Shown here one piece after another: positions 13,277 through 27,108 of a stretch of DNA of 64,000 nucleotides. The DNA is from Monocercomonoides exilis PA203. Lineage: Eukaryota; Protista; Preaxostyla. The notes beneath the pieces were generated by a model, which was not told where the DNA came from, ran no database searches, and saw only the letters and a program-made list of their open reading frames with translations. Positions within the stretch are counted from its first letter, which is position 1; the number at the start of each line of letters is the position of its first letter. Made by a program: the position numbers and the translations under genes. Location: positions 1,302,001 through 1,366,000 of the forward strand of contig LSRY02000017.1 of assembly GCA_001643675.2 (NCBI GenBank). The letters are read 5' to 3'.

Positions 13277-13939
13277 TATAGTCAGTGTCAATAATGGTGG
13301 ACACTTTCAACAACTATGGACAGTTGCATTATCTCAACAATTGATGACTTCTGCGTTTCAAAAGATATTCATATGATTCATTCAATAAAAGAAATTTCAT
13401 GTCAGTTATCATTTTTAAATTATTTATGAAATTATATATAAATGTATATATATGGGTAATTATTTTTGATATCATATTTTTTCAAACAAAATTTTCGGAA
13501 AGAAAAATTTCATTGAGCATTAACAAATGAACACTGAAAAATGAAATAGCTTATAAAAGATGTCTTCATCTTTATTTCAATAAAAACATTTATTTGTGAA
13601 ACTATTGGGAAGTATTTTGCATTTAAATTCAAAATTTCTTTCCAAATACAAACAGTATTTGAAAAATAAGCTCCCCGAAAAAAGTTATGATTTCAAAAAT
13701 AATCACCCATATATAAAGATTTCTGAGCAACTTGAAGAATACAAATTCTCAAAGTTTCCGCAACAAATAAAAAAATTTTCCTTACACCTGTGAGAAAAAT
13801 TGTATCATTTCCGTTTATTTAATGAGTCTATTTTCGTTGTTGGAAAAAATGGGAAATTAATTGGCATATAGCATCAATCAATGAGATAATTCCTTGGTTC
13901 AAAGTCATTTAAAGAGTCCGCCATTATTAACACCACTCA
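13277..13939. mobile_element. MITE family A copy interrupted by a nested family B element
   Basis: Left TIR tatagtcagtgtcaataatggtggacactttcaa and degenerate right TIR ...gagtccgccattattaacaccact. Homologous to 60152-60563. Confidence 0.75.
13449..13713. mobile_element. MITE family B (~265 bp; TIR TATGGGTGATTATTTTTGAAA)
   Basis: tatatgggtaattatttttgatatcata ... tatgatttcaaaaataatcacccatata, flanked by TA. The interior matches 59415-59680. Confidence 0.8.
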
Positions 13940-14352
13940 CAGACATTATTGGGACTGATGGAAACAAAATATTGCAAAGCGTATCACACAGTCCAATGAA
14001 ACAAATTTGGAGCTTTTTTTGATTGAACATTTTTCGTATTAATGGGAGATATATGAAAATAATAAGTGATTCTGAAGTTATAAGTGTCATTTTAATTTAA
14101 TTGAACCAAATATTAAATTTCTCAGTACGAATATACATCATTTTAATTTTTGCTATGGATCTCTTTCGATCAGCTTTGTTTTATTCTGTCTTTTTTGTTT
14201 TATATTAACATTTTGTGGAATTAAGATTCCCTTCAAATGAAAGAATTATGCATTATTCGTTCTTTTTGCTTATTGTCAAATTGAATGAATCTTTCTGATT
14301 AAGATCAGATTAGATGGATAAAATTAAATTTTTTTGAATAGAGTTGATTATG

Positions 14353-14353
<1 letters not shown>

Positions 14354-14430
<77 letters not shown>
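14354..14430 (+). repeat. (CAA)n followed by a poly-A run
   Basis: Seen directly. Confidence 0.9.
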
Positions 14431-14432
<2 letters not shown>

Positions 14433-15230
14433 GAAATACTTATTCATTTTTGTCTCGTTTGAGCTTTTTCAACCTTCGTTTTTTGAAAATCACTTCGAGA
14501 AAGCATAATAACAACAATATGGACTTGGAAAAATTTTCATTAATAATTATTTGAAACATCGGGATTATTTCAAAGAATAATGTTGTTTTAAATGAATGAA
14601 TTATTTGTTAGTGATTTGAGTCATGTCAACAAAAAAACAAATGTTTGAAATGAAGAAGATAAAGCGCTGAAAGCAAGATTTAACAAATTCTATTGAAAAC
14701 AAAGAATAGAGAATTGGATTCCCTCTTGAGATGGATTCATAAATGAAGCCAAAGAATTAATAATCAATTTTTTTTTATTAAAAAAGTTCAGTTGAGTTTT
14801 GAATGTTGGTTAAATAAAAGATGTTGTATTCAGTTGATGAATAAATGTTGAAGATATGATGTTGCTGTTGATTGAGAAGAATTGAAATATAAAAATTTTT
14901 CTTTGATGCAATAAGCAGAAGGTTGAAATGTTTCAAACGTCGGAAACGAAGATAATATTGAAATTGACGAATTCATTGAGTTTATTAGTACTGATGATGA
15001 TGATCGTGAAGATAAGATATCAATAAATTCGTCTGATAAAAGATCTGCTGAATCCCATTGCATCGGAAGATGCAAAAAGTGAATCCAATTCACCTTTTGA
15101 TGTTCATCAATAGCTTTTTGTCTTTGTTTTTCGATAATTTCTGCTGTTCTTTCGTTTCTTTCGCTTGTCGCTTTATGTATTTCATTTAGACTTCTTTATT
15201 TCGCAAGGTGCATCTGCTATATTTTTTAAT

Positions 15231-15491
15231 TTATGTGATTATTTCTGTTATCAAATTTCATCAATCAAAAATTTCTGTTCGAAAAATTGGATTTAATATT
15301 CATTTGATTAACGCAAAAAAGTGAAATCACTAAAAAAAGATAATTGTTTCTTGAATTTTTCTCAAATATCTTATTTTCAAAGAAAATCAAATAGCTTTTC
15401 ATTTGAATGGAAAATTTTTGCATTTAGCTAATGACCTTTGAAAAACAAACATCCTGAAAGACATTCCAATTTCAATAATAATCACCCATAT
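15231..15491. mobile_element. Degenerate MITE family B copy
   Basis: atgtgattatttctg ... tttcaataataatcacccatat. Same length and interior traces (aaatttctgttcgaaaaatt) as the other B copies. Confidence 0.55.
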
Positions 15492-15537
15492 TTAACAGAA
15501 TCTTCTTATAAAAATAATTATGGCTAATAGAAATATA

Positions 15538-16854
15538 CAGTTTGTCCAAAAAAAATGTTGATCTGTCCATAAATAATGTCGATCATACCGTAATAAATAA
15601 ATCTTTCTCGGAACCATATTAACACTGTTTAAATCGTGAATAAAAAAATTTTTTTAATTCTTTATTGTGAAGAGTTTTTCCTGTTAAGCAAGAATGAATA
15701 TGAATAAAATGAATTGATGTTTTCTTTTGATCTGCTTATTCATTGAATATATTTATTTTCAACTGTTAAATCTCTTCTTAAAACTTTTATGTTACAAAAC
15801 TTTTTGTTTTCTATCTTTGAAGGTTATTATTCTATTCTTTGTGTCATTTGAATAACGAAACTTCACATTATTTCCAATTTTTTATTCTTGAGTTCCATAT
15901 TTAAAAAACATTAAGCATCTGTTGTTAAAAACATGTTTTGTATGTCAAAGAAAGCATTTTTTTCCTTGTTGTTCATGAGACTCTCTCTTTGATACAGATT
16001 TATCAAATATAACCAAAACATACACCTTTGTATTCTTTTATTTTCATTCATCAAACACTCATATCAAATACAATAATTGCGATACATGAATGAAAGATTT
16101 TATCTTTACAACTTTAATATTACTGATTTTTCTTATTACTCTGTATTTTGCTTCTTAAAAAATAACATAATCAATCATTTCAACAAATACACAATATCCA
16201 CAAAGCATGTTAAACAAGCAAAGAAATGAAAAAATGATCATTAAAAAATGAAAATTCATTGGCACAGTAATTCAATGATCGTAAATTCACTGGATCACAT
16301 GGTACGTTGAAAAATCCTCATTTGTATAGCATGAATCAATAAAAGTTGTAACCTTGTTGTGTAAATCATTCTTAATAATATTTTAAGTGATACATCAACT
16401 AGGAAATAAACAAAACGATTGAAAACATGTTAAATTAATAAAACAATTAACAAATCCATTCGTTTGGACTTAAAAAAATTGATCTTCAACAAATAAACAA
16501 AGTGACACAAATCCAAATTAGACGAGAACAATAACAATTTGCTTTCTTCCAATGTGCTTGTTTTTTCTTTTTTTATATTTTCTCATTGCTCTAAAATTTC
16601 AACATGGTCAATCATGTGAAAAAGATAAATATACAGAGTATACGAAAGCAAAATCATATGCATTCACGAATTAAATATTCGCTAAATGATTTTCTTTAGA
16701 GACTTCAACTAAGCATACTTCATTAACAAATTGATCCTTCAAAAAACATGCAAAGAAAAGTGTTTCATTCAATATTGGGTGAGAAATTTGAATATTATTG
16801 ATGGGATGATCGACATTATTTTTGGACAGATCAACATTTTTTTTGGACAGACTG
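15538..16854. mobile_element. Tc1/mariner-type non-autonomous or decayed DNA transposon (1317 bp)
   Basis: TIRs of ~49 bp (CAGTYTGTCCAAAAAAAATGTTGATCTGTCCAWAAATAATGTCGATCAT) with TA on both sides (15536-37, 16855-56). No intact ORF inside. Confidence 0.85.
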
Positions 16855-17150
16855 TAAAATTAAATCAGCTTTTCATATCCTCAAAATAGTCAAAAATTGG
16901 ACATAATCATGTCTAATTTAATCAAATTCATTTATTGTCACATTTTTGAATGCAAGATTATTATTTATGCTTTTTCATTCAATTTTAATCATTAATAATC
17001 ACATAAAGACACATGCGTTTTCACAATTTGTTTTCATGTCACTGCATTTTTCAAAGATAAGTCTATTTTTTGATCAAAATTTCGAATTTTTTGATTTTTC
17101 AAAAATGTGTTTGATAAAGTTCAGATAATGAGTATTAATAATAAGAATTG

Positions 17151-17414
17151 TTTTTTCAATAGTCAAAAATTTGTTGAAAAGTTCCGTTTGTTTCATTTTC
17201 ACATGAAAATGAAAATTAAGTATTTTTAACAAAACTTCATTCTAACTAACCAAATTTCACATAAATGAAAACAAACGCTTTATCATGTTATTGTTACCAT
17301 TCTGTTAAAATTTGGAATGCTAGGATGAAATTTTGATAAATATATTTAATTCTCATTTTCATATGAGAATTGAACAAAACGAACTTTTCAAAAAATATTT
17401 GACAAATGAAAAAA
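17151..17414. mobile_element. Foldback MITE family C (near-complete palindrome)
   Basis: Arms tgaaaagttccgtttgtttcattttcacatgaaaatgaaaattaa / ttaattctcattttcatatgagaattgaacaaaacgaacttttca. Confidence 0.75.
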
Positions 17415-18048
17415 GTGCACTTTGAAAGAATTTTTCAAAATAAAAAATCGACACAAAAATATTTATTTTAATTAATATTATTTAATATTTTTCCGTGCAA
17501 AGGAACGTCATTTTTTATCAAAATCAGTTATTGTCATAAAATGTTGTACAAAAACAGATGAGGATATATCCAATTTTTATTGTGTTAAAAGGAATACTGG
17601 ATACAATGGAAGTTATGGGATTAATTCTTAAATTTTATTGAGAAAGTTAATTAATAATCAACTCTTTTTTCTTTTTTCCTATTTGCATTATATCTCAAAA
17701 TGTTATCCAGCAACCTTGTATTCGCTTTAGAATCATTTCAAGTTAATGAATTTAATAAGATAAAAAATTTTTTGTGATGACAAGAAACCAATTACTAATC
17801 TGCAACTTTAAGTTTATCAAAACCCATCAACGACGAAAAACACAAAATTAAGCCTTCAGCCTATCAAAAAAAAAAAATCTTTCAACAACAACTGTGAGAA
17901 ATGCTCACTTTGGAGTTCCAAGATGTATTTTTACAACAGCACAAAGTTCTGGCTTTGCACCAATGTTTACTGAATCCACTGGAATTTTTGCTCCTTCAAG
18001 TTGAGTTAGAAAAGTTAGAAAATAATTTTCAAATATTGCAAAGTCATG

Positions 18049-18262
18049 AATTGGCTGATCCTTTATGAAATCACACTTTCATTCGAGTTTTGATCAAAAT
18101 TCTTTATTCCAATGGGATTTTGATAAATAGAGCTTAAACTGAAAACACATATTGTTCATGAATTGTTATTGCAGAAACAAAGTTTTTACTAAAATCCCAT
18201 AGAGATTTAATTATTGATCAAAACTCGAACGAAAGTATGATTTCAAAAAGGATCAGCCAATT
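18049..18262. mobile_element. Foldback MITE (~215 bp)
   Basis: aattggctgatcctttatgaaatcacactttcattcgagttttgatcaa is the inverted match of ttgatcaaaactcgaacgaaagtatgatttcaaaaaggatcagccaatt. Confidence 0.85.
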
Positions 18263-19273
18263 GAACATGTGTATTTGAACGAACAAAACTGACTGTTCCC
18301 AATCTGGTAAAAATTCTTTCCTCCAATTTTTCTCGGGACATATGATGCTTTTCGCTTAATTGTTTTTTCAATGTTCCACGTTTCCTCCTTAACGATAAAA
18401 AAGAAAAACCGTGTAATCAACCACAATTCATTCTTTTTCATATCCTGTTTTTCTTTCTTATCTGAATGAAACAAACAATTGTGAAAGTTGATTTTTCTGT
18501 TTGTCAATTGATGAATAAAGAAGACGAACATTTAATGTTTGAGATGAATGTTTTGGCTTTTCAAAAAGATGCATTAATGTGAAAGATCCATGATGAAGAA
18601 AGTTGAAAAGTTAAAAAAAAATGTTGCTTTTCAAAAGAATTATTTGCTTTTGTTCTTCCTCGTTGTGGGTGTTAACAATCAAAAAGAAGATACAAGAGAA
18701 TGCGGAATACTGAACAAGGGAAGCCTGTCAGTCGAAAAAGTGCAATTGATGGGTCCATTTATAATTTTTTGTCATGTCTTTAATTCTTTGAGGAACTGAA
18801 TCTTCTTCATTATGATATTGATTTGAAATGATGTTTCAGAATTCAAAATGTTCTTAAAATGATAATGAAGAATTTTAACACATTTTTTATTTGCAGAGTG
18901 AAATTTTAATAACCATAATGACCATTATTTCAATTCTTTTGAAATAATCATGATCTCAGAATTTCTGAATTATGAATCGAGTCAATCAAAACTGATTTGA
19001 TTTCAGATAAAAAGAAATATATCGATATATAACGTTTAGAATATATTCAAAATGTATTAATTAAGAAAATTTTATGTATGGCTCCATTCGTTTCTTCAAA
19101 CAATAAAAAGCAACAATGGGTTAAATAATCCCTTAAAAAAGTTTTTTAAATTTGTAATTTCGTTGAAAAAGTACCTTTCTGAATTTCAGAAGAAAAAGCA
19201 AACAAAGGATTCAAAAAAACACAACTCATTCTTCCATTGTTATTATTTCCGTTTATATTGTTTTTCTGTTTTC

Positions 19274-22200
19274 ATGTTTTTGGTTAGCATTTGCTTTTTG
19301 CTATCAGCTCTCAACTCTTCTGGTTTATGCAACATCGAATCAATTGAAGGGAATTACTCTTCAAAGTGTGCGATTGTGAAATCAGCTTGCAATGACCCTT
19401 TCAAAAGGAGAATTCAGTGTTCAAATGGAGAAAATGCAAATCTGAATTTTGTTTGGGAAAATCATCGAAGCTCTCTTTCAACCATATTTTCATGCTGCAA
19501 TTCATCAATCACTTTGAATATGCTGTACTGTGCTTCTTCGAATGTGAAAGGAAAAGATTGTGTGTTTTCCAATTCAATCATCAATATCCGTGATTGCATT
19601 CTCGATAATTCAGTTTTCAATAATCATCCGTTTGCTTTGTCTGGTTGCACTGTAACTGCTTGCAACATAAGCTTGTCATCCACAAAACACATGAACACTT
19701 TTCCAACACAAACTTCTTTTCACCTCCGAAGGATACAATCAACTTCAAATTGCTCCGTTTTTGTTTCCAAATCTTCATTTTCATCTTTCACAGACACTCC
19801 AGCATTCACATCTTTTGGCTGTGATGCATCAATTGCATTATCAATTGATTCATGCAACTTTTATAATGTCACCTCAAGCATACTTTTTGTTCGAAAGCAA
19901 ACACAAAGCGGTTGTGATGCATCTTTTTCAAATTGCGACTTTCTTCGTTCATCACTCCCACATCATGCAGATATTGATAAATATTCTCAAAGATGGAATT
20001 CATATTCCGCATCAAACTGCTCATTCTCAAAGTGGATTCCAGCCTCATATGCACATGAATACAATGAAAGTCAAGATTTATCTTCAATTAGCAATTATCT
20101 TTTTGAAGACTGCCTATTCACCGTTGGTTCCACTTATGCCCTTGCTTTGAAAAATGCTTCCAACATAACAATTCATAATTGCTTATTTTCACAATGCAAC
20201 AAAGGTGCTTCATTAATAGAAAACACTCACCAATTTGTTGTCAATCTATCAACTTTTTTGAATTGCTCAATCGATACATGTGGAGGAGCAATATCTTTCA
20301 ATAACGTCTCAACGCACTTGTATAATTCGAATTTCAAAAATTGTTATGCTCAAAGAAACGGAGGAGCAATTCATGAAAATTATGACAGCGAAGCCACAAT
20401 TGAAAACATCACATTTCAAACATGTTCTGATGGAGCATCTCTTGACAGATATGGTGGAGGAGCTTTGTGGTTTGGTGATTGTGGATTACACATTGTAACT
20501 GACTGTCAATTTCAAAACAATTCAAGTCCCATGAGAGGTGGCGCATTGATGTTCTCTTTTGATAGTGGGTATGCAGGGCCATTCACTTGCATGATCAAAT
20601 TCTGCTATTTCGAGAACAATTCCGCTGGCATAGAAGGTCATGATGTGGCCATACTCAACAACTGGACATCAACTTTGAACAAGAATGCATTTGTTGAGTG
20701 CAGAACAATGACAAACAAATCTCTGAGAATGGTTAACGGAACAAAGAATGTGAGGGGCTGGATGAGCTTCGGATATTACGGTGCGATAAAGGTGAACAAT
20801 AAAGAAGGAATGGATCACTTAGCATGCGGATTCAACCAGAGAAAATGCAAGACAATATCCTTTTCAACAACTGCTCAAGGAAGCCAAGATGGAAGTCTGA
20901 CAACAATTTCTGTCGATCCCTCCACATATCTCAAGACAAGCTGCACCATTGGCTCAAAGAACATCAAATTGACAAAATCTGGGAGTGAAGAAGTCACAGA
21001 AATTTCAGTTGTCACTTCTGACTCTTTGTTCACAATCACAACTGAGTATTGACAATGAAATCCTTCACTGTTGTGCACGACACAACAATGACTTCGCTGA
21101 AAACCTCACTTTTCTTTCTCTCATCTTCAGGATCTTTGCATCTGCAAGAATGCATCATTCATGGAAACTCTTCCAGCGCTCAAGGTGCCCCACTTCAATC
21201 TTCCCTGTTTGTTCTGCAAGGAGGAAGTACAACAATCGAATCCTCCACTCTGGCAGGCTTCTGGTTTGCAACAACACCAGCAATCTCTTTTTCCGATGGA
21301 TGCTCTGTGAATCTGACAAATTCCTCAACCTCGGATATTTCCAGAATAAGTGGCAACGGAGGAGGCATTGAAGGTATTGTTGGAACAAATATGGGGTTTG
21401 ATGTTGAAAATTGCAAACTGAACAGATGCGGCTCCAACGGTGGTGATGGCGGTGGCATTTCACTGACCTTGTCAGATGGATCGTCCTTCAACATGATCTA
21501 ATCATCCCTTGATGCAAATGAACATACATTTGATTCTTGTTGTTCATCTGAGGATGATAATTGTGGTGGTCATGGGGGAGGACTGCATCTTTCCATCACC
21601 CAAAGTGAAGCAAATGGGTTCAAGCTGAGCTCTCTGACTTTTCGCAACTGTGAAGCTCTGAGAGGAGATGACTTGTTTGTGAGAGCATTTGATCTGTCTG
21701 TCATCGCATCAAGCGAGAAGCTCAAATTCAGTATCGACGAAAACAACCTGACTTCTTTGGAAGGATATGAATCCTCAACAACCAACAACACTTATTCCAT
21801 CCCACTGATTTTGTATTTTCGAGTCTTTTCCGCTTCTGCTTGTGTTGCTGGAAAAGAAGGGCATGATTATACTGCCTGTGGCTTCTCGGATTTCCCTTGT
21901 AGCACAGTCGAGTATGCACTTGACTTGCACTATAAAACCACGCCTGGCTTCATTTCCTTTCTTCGTTCATTTGTGCTGAACAGTCAGCTGATTCTCAAAC
22001 AACAAGCAGTACATTTCAGCTCTGAGCCAGCCGGATCTTCAATTGGAATCTCATGCAATCAAGATGAAATTTGCACAAGCACCATCGAAACAAGAACAAA
22101 ATGCCTTTTCGCTCAAATTTGGTTTTCTTTGAATTCATCACTGAATGAGAATAGAGAATGTGTGTTTCATTGCTGCAATGAGTCCTTGTCATTCTCAGAC

Positions 22201-25200
22201 TGCTCCTTCAGCGCTGATTCGGTTGTTGCTGCATCTCTTGTGATTGCATCAAATGGTTCTTTAGATGTTCAAAACATGACAATAAGTGTGACCGAATTTA
22301 GTGCTCGCCCTGCCTTTGTTGTCAGTGGAAACGATTCCAGCTTCACATGCAAAAACTTCAAGTTGGAAAACGAGATAACATCGTTTGAGTCTGCAGTCGT
22401 GTTGCTGACAGACAAATCATCACTTGAAATATCTGACTCTGAGATAAAAAATACAGCTTTGGTGCAAAACAGTGCCATTGAGATTGAAGCTTCAACCAGT
22501 GCCACTGTTAAAAAAACAACTTTCCGCAATGTGAAAAAACAGAGCGGAAGCGGAGGAACGATCTCTGGTGTTGCAGGATTGGAAAAGAGTGTATCAGTTG
22601 AAAACTGTTCGTTCGAAAACTGCAAGTGCCAAGGCGCTGAAAATGCAAGTGGAGGAGCATTGAGCATCGAAGTGAGCGAGGGAGGATTCTTCTCATTCAC
22701 AGAATCCCACATCAACCAATGCAGCGTGAATAAAACGAGCGGATTCGGAGGTGGATTGTTCATTACCCTTGGTACAAACACAAATGCTGATTTCTTGCTG
22801 AAAGATTCTCTGTTTTCGAACAACGAGGCAAAATATGGGAATGATGTGTATCTCATTTGTGACGATCTGAACTCTGCTGTTACACATTCCAGATTTCAAC
22901 TCACATTTCACAATGAAGAAGGAAAGGAAATTGTGGAGTTGACTGGACATGATAGAAACCGTTTTGTGGATGTTAACACAGACTTGCTAATATTCCTCTT
23001 CCAGTTGAAATCAGACGTGGTTCACATATCATCAGACAACGGATTTGAAATGATCGGCTGCGGGACTGCCAAGTATCCTTGTTCATCTTTGTCAAAAGGA
23101 TTTGCAAATATCGACACTGATGCTGAACACAAAAAGTTGATTATTTGTGTTCAGTCTGTTGTTGACAGCTCCTGTAATGTCTCCAATTTCTCGATTGAAT
23201 CAAACGCACAACAACAAGATGAAACTGTCAAATCCTTTCTCATTTTTGAGGGTTCTGAAAACGATATTGCTGATGGCTGTCTCCAGAACTCATTCGATCT
23301 GTCGTTCCAATTCATAAGCCTTCTTCTTGATCGCTCTTTGTTGAATAAACAGGGCGTTATTGTGTCAACCAAATGGGGTGTTCTATCTTTCGTCAGCTGC
23401 TCATTTGGCTCAAATTGCTCCGAACTCTTCTCTCACATGCAGTTGGTTGTTATCAAAAGTGGAACGCTTTCAATTTCAGATATGAGCATAAATCAACTGA
23501 ATTTGGACAAACCTCTGTTCGAGATAAACAGTGGCTGTTTTTGCTCCATGTGCAGGATCGAGGCATCAGATCTTGCAGCAAACAGCGGAGTGTTCGAAAT
23601 CACAAATGGAACTCAGGAGGATGCAAATGGGGTGAGCGAAATAAAAATGAACAGTTCCTCATTTCAGAATGTTTCATGCAGCAAAGATGGTGGTGCGGTT
23701 TTCTCCTGTTCCCCAACGAGCTCATCAGCCTTGTTGATCGATAATTCCAGCTTCGACATTTGCAGAGCGGACATGTTTGAAAGAGGAGGAATGATGCTTC
23801 AATGCCTGAATCAAGATCGCAGATTCGAGATGAACAACAGCCAAATAACAAACTGTGGATGCTCCGTTGTTTCAGGCAAAGGTGGCGGAGTGTATCTGAT
23901 TGTTGAAGGAAAGTTGTCGCCAAACTTTGTATTCAAATCATGTGTTTTCAATGGAAACAGCGCTTGGAAAGGCAGAGACATCTTTGTCGAATGCTGGAGC
24001 ATCTCAGACCAGATCAATGAGTTCCAGTTCCAGATGGATCTTCGACCCGATGCTTTCAACCGCTTCGACGCCATCTTTGGTTCAGATGCTGCACACGACT
24101 CTCCTGTGGATCTGATTGAATATGTGACAATATACCAGCACAGCACAATCGTCATCTCTTCTTTGCCTGCCAGCAATGGTGTGAATGGACGCCAGTGCGG
24201 CAAAGCAACCCTTCCCTGTGAGACTTTTGGTTATGGTCTGAGGCATCTTATTATTGATTATTCTTCACGTTTGGTGGTTGACACATGCACCAAAATCGAA
24301 TGCGAATGCAACATCTCCGATGTGGAGATAAAGTCCAAAATCAAAGAGAAAGCAAATCTCACTTTTGCAGCAGGAATTGCAAAAACTCGTGGTTATCTGC
24401 TTTCTATTGGCAACAATTCCATTTTCAATGATCTTCGATTCATTTGTCTTTCCGAGCACACACTTCCACATCTTTCATTGTTTTTCATAAATTCAGGGTG
24501 CATATATTTTGCATCTTGTGTGGTTTCTGGTGAAAGAGGCGGTGAATCTTCTTGGCCAACTGCGTTTAAACTGACCTCAAGCGAGCTGGTGATCGATGAT
24601 TTTAAGATTGTTAATTTGGAGTGCCTCAGTCTCTTCGAATCCAATGATGGAAAGCTGTCGATAAGAGGAGTGAATGTTGAAGAGACAAAAACTTCAAAAT
24701 GTTCCATTCTCTTGAGAAATACAGTTTGCAAAATCGAAAAATTGAATATTCTTAATTGTGACACTCACGAAGGACTATTCGCAGTTGTTGATTACAGTCC
24801 TTCCAATCAAGAAACGAAGGAAAATGAAGCTCTTTCCTTTTCGCTGTCAAGCTTCTCGAACATCTCTTTGTCAAGTTGTTCTTCATGCATGTGCTTCGAC
24901 TCTATTTCTGAACCCATCGAGCTGCTCAACTGCTCTTTTTCGGAGCCTGATAATTGCGCTCAGAAACTTGGAAGCGTTGCAACTTTCTCAAATTGTTCAA
25001 GCATCATTGCTCAATCATGCAGTGCAGAAGGAAGCGTCATTTCACATTCAAACATCAAGAACAATGAGGAAATCTAGGATTATTGCATATGCCAATGGAA
25101 TTCTTCGATGCTTCATTTCAGAGGCTGTTCTGCAACCATATCAGACACCACGCTGGCAAATTCTTCAATTGGAGGTCTATCAGTTTCTGATGCACACATC

Positions 25201-27108
25201 GCAATAGCTGATTCGAAGTTTGTTGAGAACAATCCAAGACTGAAGAAATATCCATCTCTTCGAAGAAACATGCTTTGCAATGCCAATAGAAGCCTTCACG
25301 TCAGCAGCCTCAAGGGCGGAGATGGCTCACAAAACGATTCTTCTCTTTGGGTTCTCAACTCAGGATGCATCTTGTCTGGCATCCCCTCTGCAAGACTCTC
25401 TCCACTGTTTGTTCCTTCTCTTTTCTCTGTGACTTCCTCCAGCAGTGCCAACCAGACAACCCTCATTTTCACAGGATTTCTCCTTCTTCCGTGCAACTTG
25501 ACTTTCCAGCTCATCTCCAAAGTCGGAAACCTCGAGATGACCCAGAACGAGGAATTCAGCCAGGATGGATATGTGTCGGAAAACGAAGTCCATGCAATGA
25601 TAGATTCCTCCTTTCTGAACAATGCAGGGGATGAAGCAGAAGTCTCGGTGCGCATCCTGTTCGGCAGCACTGATTCTCCATCACAAACAGAGGCATCCAT
25701 CCTGAAGAACAAAACAGATTCGAAGATTGATGATGAAGCGAAGGTTGCAAAAGGAGCAAATGGTTCAACTCCTTCGTTATCACTGATAATTATTGTTCTT
25801 TTCGCTGTTTTGTTTTTGATTGTTCTGGTTGTATCAATTGCTTTTATTGTCCGTTGGAGAAAGCAAAAGAAAAGAACAGAAGAGCTGGAGTTGATTGTTG
25901 AAGACACAGTGAAAAAGGATCCGAAGCTGATTGAGATGGTGACCATGGAGATGTCTCCCGAGGAACAGTGGAGAAAAGCAGAGAGGGAGGTAGAGAAGAA
26001 GAACAATGAGAGAATTGAGAAGAGGGTGTATGCAAAAAGTTTGGGACACTCGGAGTCATCAGAGCATCTTCTGTCTGAGAGTTGCTCCACAGAATACATT
26101 CTGGGAAAAGATTCAGACAAGATTCCAGATTGGGCATTGGAGAAGGTTGAGGAGGAAGAGATAAGAAAGCAGACTCCATCTCCATCCATTTCATCCACTT
26201 CATCCACTTCAACGACTGATTCTGATTCAACACTTGTTCGATCAGAGAGTCTGTGTCCAACCACCTCATCCATGTCGAATCTGGTGGATGCGATGGCCTG
26301 CTCGTCTCCTCATGAGAAGCTGATTGTGGACTTGAGGGATTCGCTGTTCATGCAAGTTCGTGGAAGGAACAAGACAAATGAGATGCCTATTAGCTCTTTG
26401 GAAGAGAGGGAAGTGACAGCTACCCAAATCCTGTTCTGGGTGGCAAACGGAGCTCTTCATTCATTTGATGAAATGGAAAACCCTCTCTCTTCACTTGCCA
26501 ATCTGAGTCAACACATTGTGTTGTTCTCTGAACACATGGTTATCTGCATTGTGATGCACTCTGATTTCCTTTTATCTGATGATTCAGACTCATCGTCGAT
26601 CTCCTCGTCGACTGTTGTGACATCTGCAAGTGATGATGATGATGATGACAGCGACTCTCTTCCTTCATCAGCGTTTGAGGATGAGGATGACTTCAGGAAA
26701 GAGTGTCTGAGATGGAAGGCGCCTGAGCTGCTGACCAACAAGAAGATGGGAGCAACCAAGGAGTCAGTTTCATTCTCGATTGGGATAATGTTGTGGGAGT
26801 GTCTGACGCTCCAGATCCCATTCGGTGAATATGACCCAGAAACAGCTGGACAGAAGATTATCAACGTGGAGAGGATGTGTCTGAACAGCATCCACCAATC
26901 ATCGTTGGCTGCTGTTGCCACAAAGTGCGTGGCATCCCAGTGGCGAGACAGGCCCGGACTTGACCAACTCAAGCGCGAATTCATTCAGCACTTCCCACCT
27001 GGTGCAGCCATCCTCACCATGTCTGATGCCGTTGCCTGCGCTCCCGCAAGCCGATGCGCTTCTGGATATGAAACAAATGGCACTCTCGATGCTTGCTTGG
27101 GCAACTAG
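19274..27108 (+). pseudogene. Disrupted receptor-like gene: signal peptide, pectin-lyase/PMP-like beta-helix ectodomain, single TM, degenerate kinase domain
   Basis: Four track ORFs join into one: a 1-nt frameshift near 21045, then in-frame TAA (21499) and TAG (25075). GGAI/FxxN motifs, four CGxxxx(P)C repeats, TM LSLIIIVLFAVLFLIVLVVSIAFIV-RWRK, and kinase C-lobe LRWKAPELL..FSIGIMLWECLTLQIPF..DRP. Confidence 0.8.

Noticed and set aside
14830-15215. Minus-strand coding-like fragment
   Set aside because: Short, with no clear start or splice model and no motif.
17880-18760. Possible minus-strand spliced gene remnant interrupted by the 18049 foldback
   Set aside because: Short open stretches exist, but I could not build a consistent stop-free model or recognise a domain.
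21499-25077. In-frame TAA/TAG as evidence of stop-to-Gln reassignment, as known in some oxymonads
   Set aside because: Ubiquitin, MetAP2 and CCT8 end in TAA at their expected termini, long genes lack internal TAA/TAG, and the same gene also has a frameshift.
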